DNA of 64,000 nucleotides from Octopus vulgaris (Eukaryota): NCBI GenBank assembly GCA_951406725.2, contig OX597825.1, positions 31,496,001 to 31,560,000 of the forward strand, read 5' to 3'. Shown piece by piece: positions 42,560 to 56,045 of this stretch (position 1 is its first letter; each line of letters starts with the position of its first letter). The notes under the pieces were generated by a model. It saw only the letters and a program-made list of their open reading frames with translations, ran no database searches and was not told where the DNA came from. The position numbers and the translations under genes were made by a program.

Positions 42560-43984
42560 CTAGACTAGACTACCCGTAACGCGTTGGGTCACCGGGAAAG
42601 TCTGAGTTTCCCAGCCACGGAGTTTTGTTTCGTGTTCTTTTTCTCTCCTTTCCACGTTATTTCGTATGCTTTCAACAAATATGACATCGAAATTACGCGT
42701 ACGCGGCTCCTTTCCCCAGAAAAGGAAAGATTCGGCTGCTATTTCTTGAACACCCTGCTACCACGTAACAGGTATTTCTAGTCACTTATCGCAAATAGCA
42801 GTCACATGGTAGCAGGGCGTGCTAGAAATAGTAGCCAAATCTTTGGAAGTGAGATACGTTGAATGCACCCGAAAAAAAACTAAGGAAATAAATTATTTTA
42901 CACCGAGGTTACAAACGAGTTTTTTAAGAAATATTTATGCCAACACATGTTTTGAAATGGTATTCACTTGAAAGTAATTTTAAAAAACATAAAAAATTGT
43001 TTGTTTAAAGAAAGCTAAAACATAAACACTTATTGTACAAAAAACTTACGTTTTTGAAATCCCATTCACTTAAAACATTTCTAAATGTCGCTCAATGCAG
43101 AACGGTTCCGAAAAGAACACGTTCACCCGAACTATCGATTCGATGTTGCTATATAAAGCGGTAATCTACTCATGAAAAGTCGGGCCGAAACCGGCCGCCG
43201 CAAGGACCGCTGCAAGGACAGCCGCCAGATACTGGTGGTCAAACCTATCGAACGCTTTTCTTTGGTCTAAATGGACCATAGCCCCACCCTTGCCAGGAAT
43301 TCTATTTACCCTCTCTAAGGTCTAGCGGAGAATGTGGAGATTGTCGTGAATTGACCTGCAGGGATGGCACACATTTGTGCGTATGTGTATTTGTCTGTGT
43401 ATGTATGTATGTGTATGTGTGTATTTGTATGTGTGTGTGTGTGTACATATATGAGAGAGTTCAAGACGGTCGCTGAGAAGGTGACAAAACTTTTCGACTT
43501 AAGAGAGTTCCGGGTGTTTGTAAATATGTAGTTGAGTGGGTGTGTCGCTTGAGCTGTCGATGTGCTTCCTAAAGTGCCTCCTAAAGAATCTCAGTCAGAG
43601 AGTCTTTGGAATGGCTTACAAATCTTCTCTGTATCACATCACTAATAGACTGGATTTGGGGAATCTGCGTCAGTTTCGTTTGCTTTTTCTTCAAGACAAC
43701 CTAGTATTTCTATGTTTTTGTGTAAATTTGTTGGCATATAGACTAATGCATCAATGATGTTAGGTACAAATGACGGTTTATTGTCAGGGTACAAGTGTTG
43801 TATGTTCCACATTAATTCATCGACTAATGCCTAAAGGCGGTGGCCTAGCATGGCTGCAGTCCAATGACTGAAACAAGCAAAAGATTAGATATTGTAATTT
43901 CTAAGGTATCAAAGAAAGCAAAAGGTATTAACAATTTGATAAGCCAAAAAAAAAATCCTGTATTGTTGAAATATAAAAAATAAA

Positions 43985-44233
43985 TATTCCTTCTCGCGCC
44001 ATGCCAGGCTCATAAGGGCCAGTTTCCCGGTTTCAGTGGCGTAGAAGTTCCTCACCCGGACGGGAAGCCGGTCCGTCGCAGGATTATTTATTTTTGCCAG
44101 CTGAGTTGACTGGAACAACGTGAAAATGAAGTGTTTTGCTCAAGAACACAACGCATCGCCCGGTCCAGGAATCGAAACTACAATCTTATGATCGTGATGC
44201 TGACACCCTAACCACTAAGCCACGCGCCTCCAC
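43985..44233 (-). mobile_element. SINE family D
   Basis: A and B boxes; TSD TGTTGAAATATAA. Confidence 0.85.
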
Positions 44234-44339
44234 GGTGTTGAAATATAACTGTAAACAAACCTCACGGTTTCACAAAAAAAAAGAAGATTCTTTTGAATTG
44301 GTTTATTTTATTTCCTACATCTTCCTTTAACAAAGTAAA

Positions 44340-44598
44340 AATAAATAAATGCGCCCTTTTCAAGCCTAGCCAGGCTCATGGGCCCGGTTCCCCCGGTTTC
44401 AATGGCTTATGTGTTCCCCAGCTGGACGAGACGCCAGTCCATCGCAGCGTTACTCATTTTTGCCAGCTGAGTGGATTGGAGCAACATGAAATGAAGTGTC
44501 TTGCTCAAGAACACAACGCGTCGCCCGGTCCAGGAATCGAAACCACAATCTTACAATCATGATGCTGACACCCTAACCACTAAGCCACGCGCCTCCAC
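44340..44598 (-). mobile_element. SINE family D
   Basis: A box TGGCTTAGTGG, B-box-like GGTTTCGATTCC; TSD TTAACAAAGTAAA. Confidence 0.9.
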
Positions 44599-44838
44599 TT
44601 AACAAAGTAAACGCTTGTTAAAATGACGCGTAAAATGTGTTTGTAAGGTTAATTACATAATTGCATAATTTATGATAACATGAACTCTCAGAACGAAGTG
44701 AAACTGAAAATGTAATCTGATTTCACGCATCGTTTATTCTTAATAGTCTGGCGCGAATCATATATATGAAATTTTTAATAGGAATAATGTAAAATTACAT
44801 TTCAAAAGTTTTATTCAGAAATATAGAAATACATAAAA

Positions 44839-44944
<106 letters not shown>

Positions 44945-45144
44945 AGGACCGCTGTAGAGTTTAATGGAGACGCAGCTTTCGAACTCCACAGGCGATGTTA
45001 AAATTTTCTTCCGTCTTAGACTATACACACATGCGCGCACACACACACACACACACATGCACACGCATGCGCGCACGGAAACGCATACATACATACATGC
45101 AAACATGCATATATACACACAGCTCTCTCTCTCTCTCTCTCTCT

Positions 45145-45179
<35 letters not shown>

Positions 45180-45520
45180 CACACACTGAGAGAGACAGAG
45201 ATAGAAACATATAGAGATATGCATACATAGATAAATATGTATTTATGTATGTATGTATGTATGTATGTATGCATGTATAGGTTGTTACTGGTACACAGCT
45301 TGAGCAGGATGTAATAAATACATCCGGTTTCGCTTGCGTGTTTGACCAATTCCCGTCTGTTGCTTCAGGTATTTTTGTGGCGAGACAATCGCTATTCCTT
45401 TTAGTTTTATCTGATCGTGTCGATTAACACTTCAAGCCAGGTATTTTCAGTAACAAATAAAGACGGACACCTGCAATTGGCCAGCGTCCTATCCGGTTAA
45501 ATAGTCACCTTTTTGTGTAC

Positions 45521-45606
<86 letters not shown>

Positions 45607-45818
45607 TGTGTGTGTAAGCGGAGATTATATCTTATCCGCTTAACGATATCAACATAATACAACAATACGACTTGTTATAAATACCAGAACAGTTTCACTT
45701 TTTTTTATCTTTATAAAGTCTGCTCGACTGAAACTTTTTCAGAGGTAGCTAAATATGTATAATTGTCGCTGATACAGGTTCGGGATTATAAGTTTATGCA
45801 GAAGTTTAGTTTGATATA

Positions 45819-46081
45819 AAAATAATTAATAAATGTGCCCTTTTCAAGCTTAGCCAGGCTCATGGGCCCGGTTTCCAGGTTTCAATGGCGTATGTGTTCC
45901 CCAGCTGGACGGGACGCCAGTCCATCGCAGCATTACTCATTTTTGCCAGCTGAGTTGACTGGAGCAACGTGAAATGAAGTGTTTTGCTCCAGAACACAAC
46001 GCGTCGCCCAGTCCAGGAATCGAAACCACAATCTTACGATCATGATGCTGACACATTAACCACTTAGCCACGCGCCTCCAC
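45819..46081 (-). mobile_element. SINE family D
   Basis: Near-identical to 44340-44598; TSD TTAGTTTGATATA. Confidence 0.9.
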
Positions 46082-46884
46082 TTAGTTTGATATACCTTCA
46101 ACTACGCCTCTCTCCTTGTAGTTTATTTGATCGACTCATGAAAAGATGAATGACAATGGTGACCTTGGTGGGAATTGATCTCATAACGTAAAAGCGCTGA
46201 ACAAATATCGGTTTCAAACTTTGACACATTGTAAATCTGACCTCGGTGAGATTTGAACTCAAACCGCAGGTACTTGCAAGGAATTTTTTCCGAAGATTTA
46301 ACGATTCTCCTATTCCTTTAAGCTTATTTCCCGGATTAATATAATAATCCCCTCATCAATAGAAACAAGTCCTGAAATTTTTAAGGGGAGAGAATAATTG
46401 ATGTAAGGCAAAGTCGACTTCCACAGAATTTGAACTCAGAACGTAAAAATGGATGAAATGCTTAGCACCATTTCGTCCGGCTTGCTAACGATTCTGCCAG
46501 CTCGCCACCTTCAGCAGGTGTAATATAGTAATGAAAATATTTAGGTGAGGAGAGGGACGGCTGAAGGTCTAGGTGGTGGTGGTGGTGGTGGTGGCGGTAG
46601 TGGTGGTGTTTATCTTTAGTTCAACACTAATCAAAATCATTCTAGCAATGACCATCCCGCCTTTTTCAAACATACAAAGCCACAGAATCTCATTATCCAT
46701 CACATCGTTTTCTAAGGCGATTAGGGTATGGATTTGATGGGGGGATTTAACAGCTATTTCTCGTAGATCGAACAACCACACAGAGTTTACTCCATTAGCG
46801 AGAATTTACTCCAAGACATTCTATCCGCATTTCTGCCGTCTCCAAACCAATTTCGAAATGGCTACGGAGACAGTGCAAGGAGAT

Positions 46885-47170
46885 TGGTCGGCGGCGGCGG
46901 CGGTGGTGGTGGTGGTGGTGGTGGTGGTGGTGGTGGTGGTGGCGGCGGTGGTGGTGGTGGTGGCGGCGGTGGTGGTGGCGGTGGTGGTGGGGGTGGTGGT
47001 GGTGGTGGTGGTGGTGGTGGTGGTGGTGGTGGTGGTGGTGGTGGTGGTGGTGGTGGTGGTGGCCGCGGCAGCGACGGCAGCGGCCGCGGCAGCGACGGCA
47101 GCGGCGGTAGCGGCGGCGGCGGCGGCGGCGGCGGTGGTGGTGGTGGTGGTGGTGGTGGTGGCGGTGGTGA
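46885..47170. repeat. (GGT)n/(GGC)n compound microsatellite
   Basis: Seen directly; similar tract at 52828-52975. Confidence 0.95.
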
Positions 47171-47442
47171 TATGAAACCTCGACTCGTTGATTCCTTGTT
47201 CGACATTCCTACCAGCTCGATCGTCATCAATCTTTTGTCTAAAGTGAACGAACAATTAATTAGCTGAATGTTTAAATACTTGATTGAAACTAATTGATAA
47301 AATCGCAGTTGACTTGAATGAAATTAGCGAAACGAGAGAAAAAGGTGGGAATAATTTTAATTACTCGAAGAAATAACCGCCGCCGCGACCACCACCACCG
47401 AACAAACCTGTTGCTCGCTTAAACGGCTTCTTAAGAAAACAC

Positions 47443-47592
47443 TATACACATACACACACACATAAACACAAACACACACACACAAACACACACACACACA
47501 CAAACAAACACACACACACACAAACACACACAAACACACACACAAACACACACACACAAACACACACACATACACACACAAACACACACACA

Positions 47593-47646
<54 letters not shown>

Positions 47647-47666
47647 AACACACACAAACACACACA

Positions 47667-47730
<64 letters not shown>

Positions 47731-47888
47731 AACACACACGCACAAACACACACAAACACACACACACAAACACACACACATACACACAAACACACACACA
47801 AACACACACACACAAACACACACAAACACACACACAAACACACACACACATACACACACACGCAAACACACACACACACACACACACA
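47443..47888. repeat. Long interrupted (CA)n tract
   Basis: Seen directly. Confidence 0.95.
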
Positions 47889-48174
47889 TTTGATGTTACT
47901 CTTGTGACAGTTGTTGTAATCTGCTGTTGTAACTGGTGGCAGTGGTGTTGCTTGTTATTTTGGGTATCTTATCTTATCATGTTCTTGTTCTTCTTTACGT
48001 CTTCCCGCCGCCATCTTACCTACCACCACCACCAGCATCACCATTATCGTCATCATCGCCATCGTCAGCAGCAGCAGCAGCAACACCATCGGCGCCGCCC
48101 CTCCCACCGCTGCTACAGCAATTATCACCACGTCTGCCTGCAGACTCTCCACAGACACAATTATAAACGAAAAC

Positions 48175-48218
<44 letters not shown>

Positions 48219-48401
48219 ATGTATATGTGTGTATGTGTGTGTATGTGTGTATCTGTGTGTATCTGTGTATGTGTGTGTGTACATATATGTGTATGTATAT
48301 GAACAATCGTGTGCATGTATATTCTGGACGTACACATTGTATACAATATATACATGCGTGCGTACACAATTACATATATACATAGTTGCATACATATACA
48401 T

Positions 48402-48444
<43 letters not shown>

Positions 48445-49689
48445 GTCATACTTACAAGCATGCATATATACATACACACACACGTACACACACATACACA
48501 TATATACACACATCTATGTACATATATGTGTATATGTATGTATGTATGTATTTATGTATTATACACTTCCAAAGTAATTCATGCACACATATCCATTATA
48601 AAACATGCAATCGTTCACACACACACACACACACACAAACACACACACTCACACACACACATACACACACACACAAACAAACACACACAAACACACACAC
48701 TCACACACAAACACACACGCACACACACACACACACACACACACGCACAAACACACACAAACACACACACGCACAGACATCCCTAACAGCCATGTTATTA
48801 AACAATTATTATATTGTTAACAAGGTTTTGCCTTTTAGTTTGTAATTAGTCAAATCTAAACAAGTTATTTAGTAAATTAAGCAAGCGTTTATTAATGTGG
48901 GTGACAGCAGCAGCGTGTTTGGTTAGGTATCTGGTGGTGGTGGTGGTGGTGGTGCTGACTATTGTGATGGTTGTATCTGGTAATGGTAATGTTAATTGTG
49001 GTGATCATTCTATGATAATTGCAATAGCTGCAGTTGTAGTAACAAGCTACGCCAGATTGAAACGATAACCGTAGTATTGATGGTTGTTGCAATGTGCACA
49101 GGTTGTAGTTGGTTGTGGTGGTGTTATTCCTAGAAATGGACGGGAATGAGAGATAAATATATAAAGAGCAGGATATCTTTCTCTCTTTCTCTCTCCTTCC
49201 TTCTATTTTACTTCAAATGAGATTTCAATAAATACCTATTTCTTTACTACCCACAAATACCAAGCAGGCAGATGAAAGCTTCTTGCTCTTCATTGTCCAA
49301 GAAAACTAGTGATTGTGATATTTCAACTTTTCAGGCTCGATAAAATAAAATACCAGTCCATGTCGGTGGGTTGGTGGAATTGTTGAAGTAAGGATCGAAA
49401 TATTTTGTGGTATTTGCGTTGGTTCTAGGTCTGAATAACTGGGTTGTTATGTGTCTCTCAGATTAGCATCCACCTTAGACGCCTCTAACGGAATTCACTC
49501 TGTTACGAGAATTAAAGCCTTACCTCGAGGTTCAAGAGAACTTGTCTTTTCCTGTCACCAGTCTCAGAGATGCTGAAAAAAACGTATCACGCGTGCCACA
49601 TTTTGTCCATGAGTATGCAGTAAAATAAAAACAAAAGCAATTTACTGCAAATTACTGCAGAATCTAGCAAAAGAGAAGTAAGTGTGATA

Positions 49690-50190
49690 TGTTCAAATAA
49701 ATCTTCTTGTGTAGACTATCCAGTTCTGGAGATTTTCTCCACACAGCTTGTCCAGTGAATTCCTGCCATTAATAGTTTTTAGCACCATTACCAATTAAAC
49801 TAAAAGATCCTGTAGCATCCATATATGCTTCGTATTGAGACTGGTCTGCAGGAATCACAGTAGGCTGAGTGAAACATATAATTCAATTGGAGGACACTAG
49901 AATCGCCAATGCTATGATCTACAGCGAGCTAAAATATAGAAGCGTATAAGAATGTCATAAAAATACATTTCAATGAAGTGGATGGTGTGATTGCAATAAT
50001 AGGGAAGATGACAGTGACGGACAATGAAGGATGGCAGTGGGCGATTACTTAAAAAGAAAAGAATAAACTTGCCTGGTTGAAATGTATGAAACACCAAGAA
50101 AAAGAAAGAGACACAAACATAGCAAGATCCGCTACAGTAGGTCTAACAATATTTTGCAATGTCTGCATTCATAGTTTGCCACTGCCTACT
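49690..50190 (+). mobile_element. Ancient RTE-clade LINE relic
   Basis: *VKHIIQLEDTRIANAMIYSELKY resembles RTE WLGHV.RM.D.R.PK..LY.EL; terminal CNVC. Confidence 0.55.
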
Positions 50191-51802
50191 AATGAAAAAG
50201 CAAAGTATAACTGATGAAGCTACTTCATTATATTTCGAGGACAAATGTCCTTAACTGTTACCAAGTTGGTTACGAATGCTGATCGTGAGATGATTTCATC
50301 TCTCGAGCTGAGAGTTGTAGCAGACATTTTAAGTACGATTTAGACTTTTAGCATTTAAAATAGCCCGAATATTCTGGCTGTTTTTGTATTCAAACCGGCC
50401 AAATCTAGCCTCTCACAGTTACCCTTCAATGTCATTCTAAAAATAGAGTATCACATTATCAAAGCTATGAGATGATACATGGTTAGTTGGGAACAATGAG
50501 AATAAACAAGCCTTATATTTAACAGAGTGATGTAAATACTTCAGGGTTAAAGTCGCCGTCTCGAGTCACTCCAGTCTGTAATAAGTTCGGTTAAGTGTTG
50601 AACACAAACTGCACACAACTGTTCCAATTGCCGCCAATGGATTAAATCGCTATTGGCCATCTTTGCTACTAACTCGTTGATGACTGTGATGCCTTTTCTC
50701 AAGAGCTGAGGCCCTTCATGTCAATTGGTGCCCCTCCACTCTAGTATTTTTTATTACTAATACCTTACTAAAATTAGATTATTCTTTTCTATTTTGTACT
50801 TTAAAATCTCTTACAGTTTATTGCTAATAACTTGCCCGTCACGTTTTGCGTAATTTGATAATCGCATTCCATTAAGGCTTGTCTGTATATAGAAATCCAA
50901 CATGCGTTGGTCACTGTATTGAAAACCTGATACATTGACTACTTAGACCACACTCCCGCAACAAAAGGGGAAGGAATATGGTGAGCGGATTACACGCTTA
51001 TAACATCGCCAGTACTCACTGGCTTTAATAACGTCGACCTTCGTTTCTCGTTTCTGGATAATAAAGCATAATTATAATAAAACATAATTCTATTTTTAGT
51101 TCTGAAAAAAATGATTCTTCCTTTGTATGCTATTTTTTGTAATCTCATTCCGGTCTCAAAAATAAAATAGAATATTATAAATTAATTTTTTTGTAGAAAC
51201 ACAATTTTTTTTTATTATTGACATAATTCTTATAACCTCTTTAAAAAATATTTGTTCAGAAGAAAAAAAGTTGATTAAAAGAACAATTTTTTTTCTTCTT
51301 TTTTATATAATATAGATGGAAAATTAAAATACTATATTAGTTCTCTTGAAACACTACTCAGAGTTTCTCGTAAGAAAAAATATAACTCAGAAAAATACGA
51401 TAATAAATAAAAAGATAAATAAAATCATCTTGATTAATTATCATTTTAATTATCATCAGCAATATTAATCTTTGGCAATGAAGTCATTGGCTAACTGATT
51501 GATTGAACAGATCGATTATTCGCATTACAACCAACATTGTCGTTCTTCTCCTTCTCTTCCTCCTCTTCCGCCTACTACTACTACTACTACTACTACTACT
51601 ATTCATCCTCATCATCGTCATTATCGCCGACGTTTTCATCGTCGTCATCATTATCATAATGACCGTCAGTATTGTTGTCGACATCATCAGCATCATCACC
51701 ACCAGATCACTATTACCACTACTACTACTACCACCACCACCACCACCACCACCACCATCATCATCATCATTACCACAGATACCACCACTACCATTATTAT
51801 TG

Positions 51803-51851
<49 letters not shown>

Positions 51852-51874
51852 TGTTACCATCATCATCATCGTCG

Positions 51875-51907
<33 letters not shown>

Positions 51908-52202
51908 CCGACAGCAACAAAAACAACAACCACAACGAAATGTCTGTTAATTTCTTCTCGTTCATTTTCTCATTGATTCTGCCCACATATTTCTTCTTCC
52001 AATTCATAGAACTCGGTTGGAACAGACAGTGTGTGTGTGTGTGTGTGAGTGCGTGCGTATGTGTGTGTGTGTGTGTTTGTGTGTGTGTATGTTGTGTGTG
52101 TGTTTGTGCGTGCGTACGTGTGTGTGTGTGTGTGTGAAAACGCAGAATATATACAATACGATGCGTTAGCGATTCTGCCAATCCTGTGTGTGCGTGCATA
52201 TA

Positions 52203-52339
<137 letters not shown>

Positions 52340-52371
52340 GTATATATATATATACGTGTATATATATATAC

Positions 52372-52433
<62 letters not shown>

Positions 52434-53156
52434 GTGCGTATGTATGTGCGTGTATGTGTGCGTATGCATGTGTGTGCATGTGTGTATATGTGTGTGTTTT
52501 ATTAATTAGTTCTAAATTAAAGATGGGAAAACCCCGGAAATCTCACCTACTCTCCCCAACCACTCATTTCATGTTCTATATTCTTCCTTCTAAATACAAA
52601 TAATTATCGTGAGATGAGGCGGCAGAGCACCGGATTAGTTCATGCCGTCAATGTTCTGGCTTCAAACCCTATTGAAGTTGATTGTCTTTTTTCATGTGAG
52701 ATATGATGTTTAAGGGACATGAGGTTTAGGGGATATGATGTTTAGGGGATACAAGATGAGTGGGACTTACTCGTTAGCAATATAAGTACATTCCCCCACC
52801 CCCCGTTAATCTGTCTTCCTTGTTTCTGGTGGTGGTGGTGGTGGTGGTGGTGGTGGTGGTGGTGGTGGTGGTGGTGGTGGTGGTGGTGGTGGTGGTGGTG
52901 GTGGTGGCGGTGGTGGTGGTGGCGGCGGCGGTGGCGATGGTGGCGGCGGCGGCAGCGTTGGCGGAGGTGTTAAGTGGCGATGGCAGCTGTGGCGTTAACA
53001 GCTCTCCTTGCTGAAGGATCAATGACAAGATATATGGATGAAAGAGAAGCAATGGTGATGATGATGATGGTGATGCCACAGATCGATAATATAAACGTGA
53101 GTGTGGTATGCTCAAACTGGCGTATCCCTTCACCAGTCGTCTGAGTCCTACCGTTG

Positions 53157-53560
53157 GGAAACGTTAGCACGCCAGGCGAAATGCTTGGCGGTAATTCGTC
53201 TGCCGTTACGTTCTGAGTTCAAATTCCCCCGAGGTCGACTTTGCCTTTCATCCTTTCGGGGTCGATTAAATAAGTACCAGTTACGCACTGGGGTCGATAT
53301 AATCGACTTGATCCGTTTGTCTGTCCTTATTTGTCCCCTCTGTGTTTAGCCCCATGTGGGTAGTAAAGAAATAGATATTTCGCCTGCCGCTACGTTCTGA
53401 GTTCAAATTCCGCCGAAGTCGACTTTGCCTTTCATCCTTTCGGGATCGATAATTTAAGTACAAGTTACGTACTGGGGTCGATGTGATCGACTTAATCCCT
53501 TTGTCTGTCCTTGTTTGTCCCCTCTATGTTTAACCCCTTTCGGGCAATAGAGAAATAAGA
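53157..53560 (+). mobile_element. Tandem pair of SINE family A
   Basis: Two consecutive 5'-truncated family A units. Confidence 0.85.
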
Positions 53561-53861
53561 ATCAAGTAGTAGCCAAGTAGGTGGGGAGATTTATTAAGCT
53601 GTAGAATTCAGCATTCCCGTTCGCCGTCCTTGATGCACTTCGTCATCGTCATAATCATCATTACCATCATCATCGTCATCATCCTTGTCGTCGTCATCGT
53701 CATCATCATTACCATCATCATCGTCATCATCATTGTCGTCGTCGTTGTCGTCGTCATCGTCATCATCATCATTAGCATCGTCAAATTTGAGCACAATCGG
53801 ATGGCGGATGCTCTAGATCCTAGAAGACACACAGACAGACTGAACGGATTTTATATTATAA

Positions 53862-53939
<78 letters not shown>

Positions 53940-54284
53940 CAAAATAGAAAATCGGTGCATTTCCAATGCAGCACTCAGCCCGAGTTGGTGGCTATCTACA
54001 CTTTTGAATTGCCGTGTGTGTGTGTGTGTATGTGTGTGTGTGTGTGTGTCACATTGATCCCTCGCAGTTAGGAGTTACTTTGTAATTACGTAACATGGTT
54101 ACCCAATTTCGCAGCAACACACAGACACTGTAATTGATGGGAATGCGTCAGAATTGATTTCAGTGTTTTCCCCTCCCTTGTGTTTTTTTACAACGTCTAT
54201 TATAATGCTTTACGTTGAATACCTTAACCGTTACTTAATTCAGTAGACATTATTGTCATCAGCTATAACTAAGACTTCCGAGTA

Positions 54285-54319
54285 ATATTTTTGCATATTT
54301 CCGCTTTGTCTATTTCCAG
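54285..54319 (+). promoter_or_regulatory. 3' splice acceptor immediately before the start codon
   Basis: Pyrimidine tract TTTCCGCTTTGTCTATTTCCAG|A ATG. Confidence 0.6.
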
Positions 54320-54320
54320 A

Positions 54321-54674
54321 ATGTACCGAATTGTCTGGCTCAGTTTGCTTGGTTTTGCATACATCCAACAGTATCGGTGTTGGCGATCACCAGACCAAAC
54401 ACAAAGCCTACATCTGAACCAAATCAATCCAAGATTTTACCGAGAAAACACACTTTTTAAGCGTGCTAACAAAGTTCATAGCTTACCAGAGAATAGCATC
54501 CCACGGAGAATTTCAAGACAATCGGGCAGTGCATATTGTAACCGTATATGTTCTTATTGTTTAAATAGACATATCGTTTTGAGTTGTGTTCATTATTGTG
54601 ATCCCGGTCGAAGCGATTATGCTATGTGTTTTACTTTCTATACAGAAGCGATGCGACGGCAATCGGCCCGCTAA
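54321..54674 (+). CDS. Putative secreted cysteine-rich peptide/neurohormone precursor (117 aa; eclosion-hormone/ITP-like Cys framework)
   Basis: Non-repetitive ORF with signal-like MYRIVWLSLLGFAYIQQYRC, KR and RRISR convertase sites, six-Cys domain CNRICSYC-x8-CVHYC-x9-C and a C-terminal RR. Splice acceptor upstream and AATAAA downstream. Confidence 0.72.
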   Translation: MYRIVWLSLLGFAYIQQYRCWRSPDQTQSLHLNQINPRFYRENTLFKRANKVHSLPENSIPRRISRQSGSAYCNRICSYCLNRHIVLSCVHYCDPGRSDYAMCFTFYTEAMRRQSAR

Positions 54675-54836
54675 TGTAAATATTGTAATTTCACGGAAAC
54701 TGAAGAAAAAATAATAGTAACTTCGTGTTAAACAAACATATTAAATGACCTGAAAAACATTCGCAGAGAAAAAAAATGGTATTAAATTATTTACAAATGG
54801 GAACGATGAGAAACAAGCAAGCAAACAAACAAACAA

Positions 54837-54842
54837 AATAAA
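54837..54842 (+). terminator. Candidate polyadenylation signal
   Basis: AATAAA about 160 nt after the stop codon, followed by a T-run. Confidence 0.35.
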
Positions 54843-55939
54843 CATACAATTTTTTTTTTAATGGTGGAAGTGACTTTGCACCATGTTACAGGACAGCAAG
54901 AAAAATAACAGTTCGAATGAACACTGACAAAAGACTTCGCTCAAACTTAAGATATGAACTGAGACTCAATGTTTAAAGAATACGGACAGACATTAATCTA
55001 TATTGCAAGATTTGTTTAGTTCATGTCGATTATCAGTGAAGAGAGAAGTATTGGCTACAGAAAATGAAAACAAACTCGCAAACTCGTCATACTTACTATT
55101 CATTCAATACAAAACGAACTTTCAGGTTGTGTTGGGATCTTCTGGATATTGTCATTGAAGCATTTAAAGAATCTCTACTTTAAAAGATTATTTATAACTT
55201 AATACAACTTTAAATTATATTTCGTTATTTTCTTCGGGCTATTGGACTGCAACTTATTTTAGAAGGGAAAAAAATATTTATTTCTGTTTCGTTTTCGAAT
55301 AATTAGTTAATATTTATTATCATGCCTGCTTATTATTAGACACATGACATAAAAATAATTCTTTTCTCTCGTCTTAGTCTAAATTATTTTGGGTGGGTAA
55401 ATATTGTATGCAAGAAAGGAGATTAATGGAAAACTAAATTTCCAGATCAAAATGAATCTAATATCAAGTTGCAGATATTTCATGAAATGATCACACTGAA
55501 TTGTGTTTCTTGGAGGAATAAAAGACGGTAAATTTGTTGCCTGGGGATAAACAGATTCAATTGTTGAATAATGTGGAAAATAAAACGACACTCTAAAGAA
55601 TAGCTTATTTTTATATCTACCGTATTATTTCCAGGTTTTCCCTTTTATTTCAGTAACAATCCATAAATATTGCGACTGCATAATATTATGGTAGGTTCCT
55701 GGAGAATATAGACAACGACTTCATGTCGATCTTTAATTGAAGCTACTTCGCTTCACGTGAAAAGCTTATGGCCGTTCGGAAAGATATAAGAGCTTTAGCA
55801 TTTCACAGCCACTCTTTAAAATTGATCCTCATGGGTAGTCAAAACAGGGTAACATGGCATATTAACTGAAATTATCGCATTTAGTTTTATCTATTCTATT
55901 TTCCCTCCCGAGTCAATTTTGTCTTCCATCCCTACAGAA

Positions 55940-56045
<106 letters not shown>

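Noticed and set aside
49150-49175. TATATAAAG as promoter of the peptide gene
   Set aside because: Such motifs are ubiquitous in this AT-rich sequence, and no supporting first exon or donor site could be identified.
50340-50550. piggyBac-like MITE ending GGGTTAA
   Set aside because: The left terminus is too degenerate to confirm a TIR or TTAA duplication.
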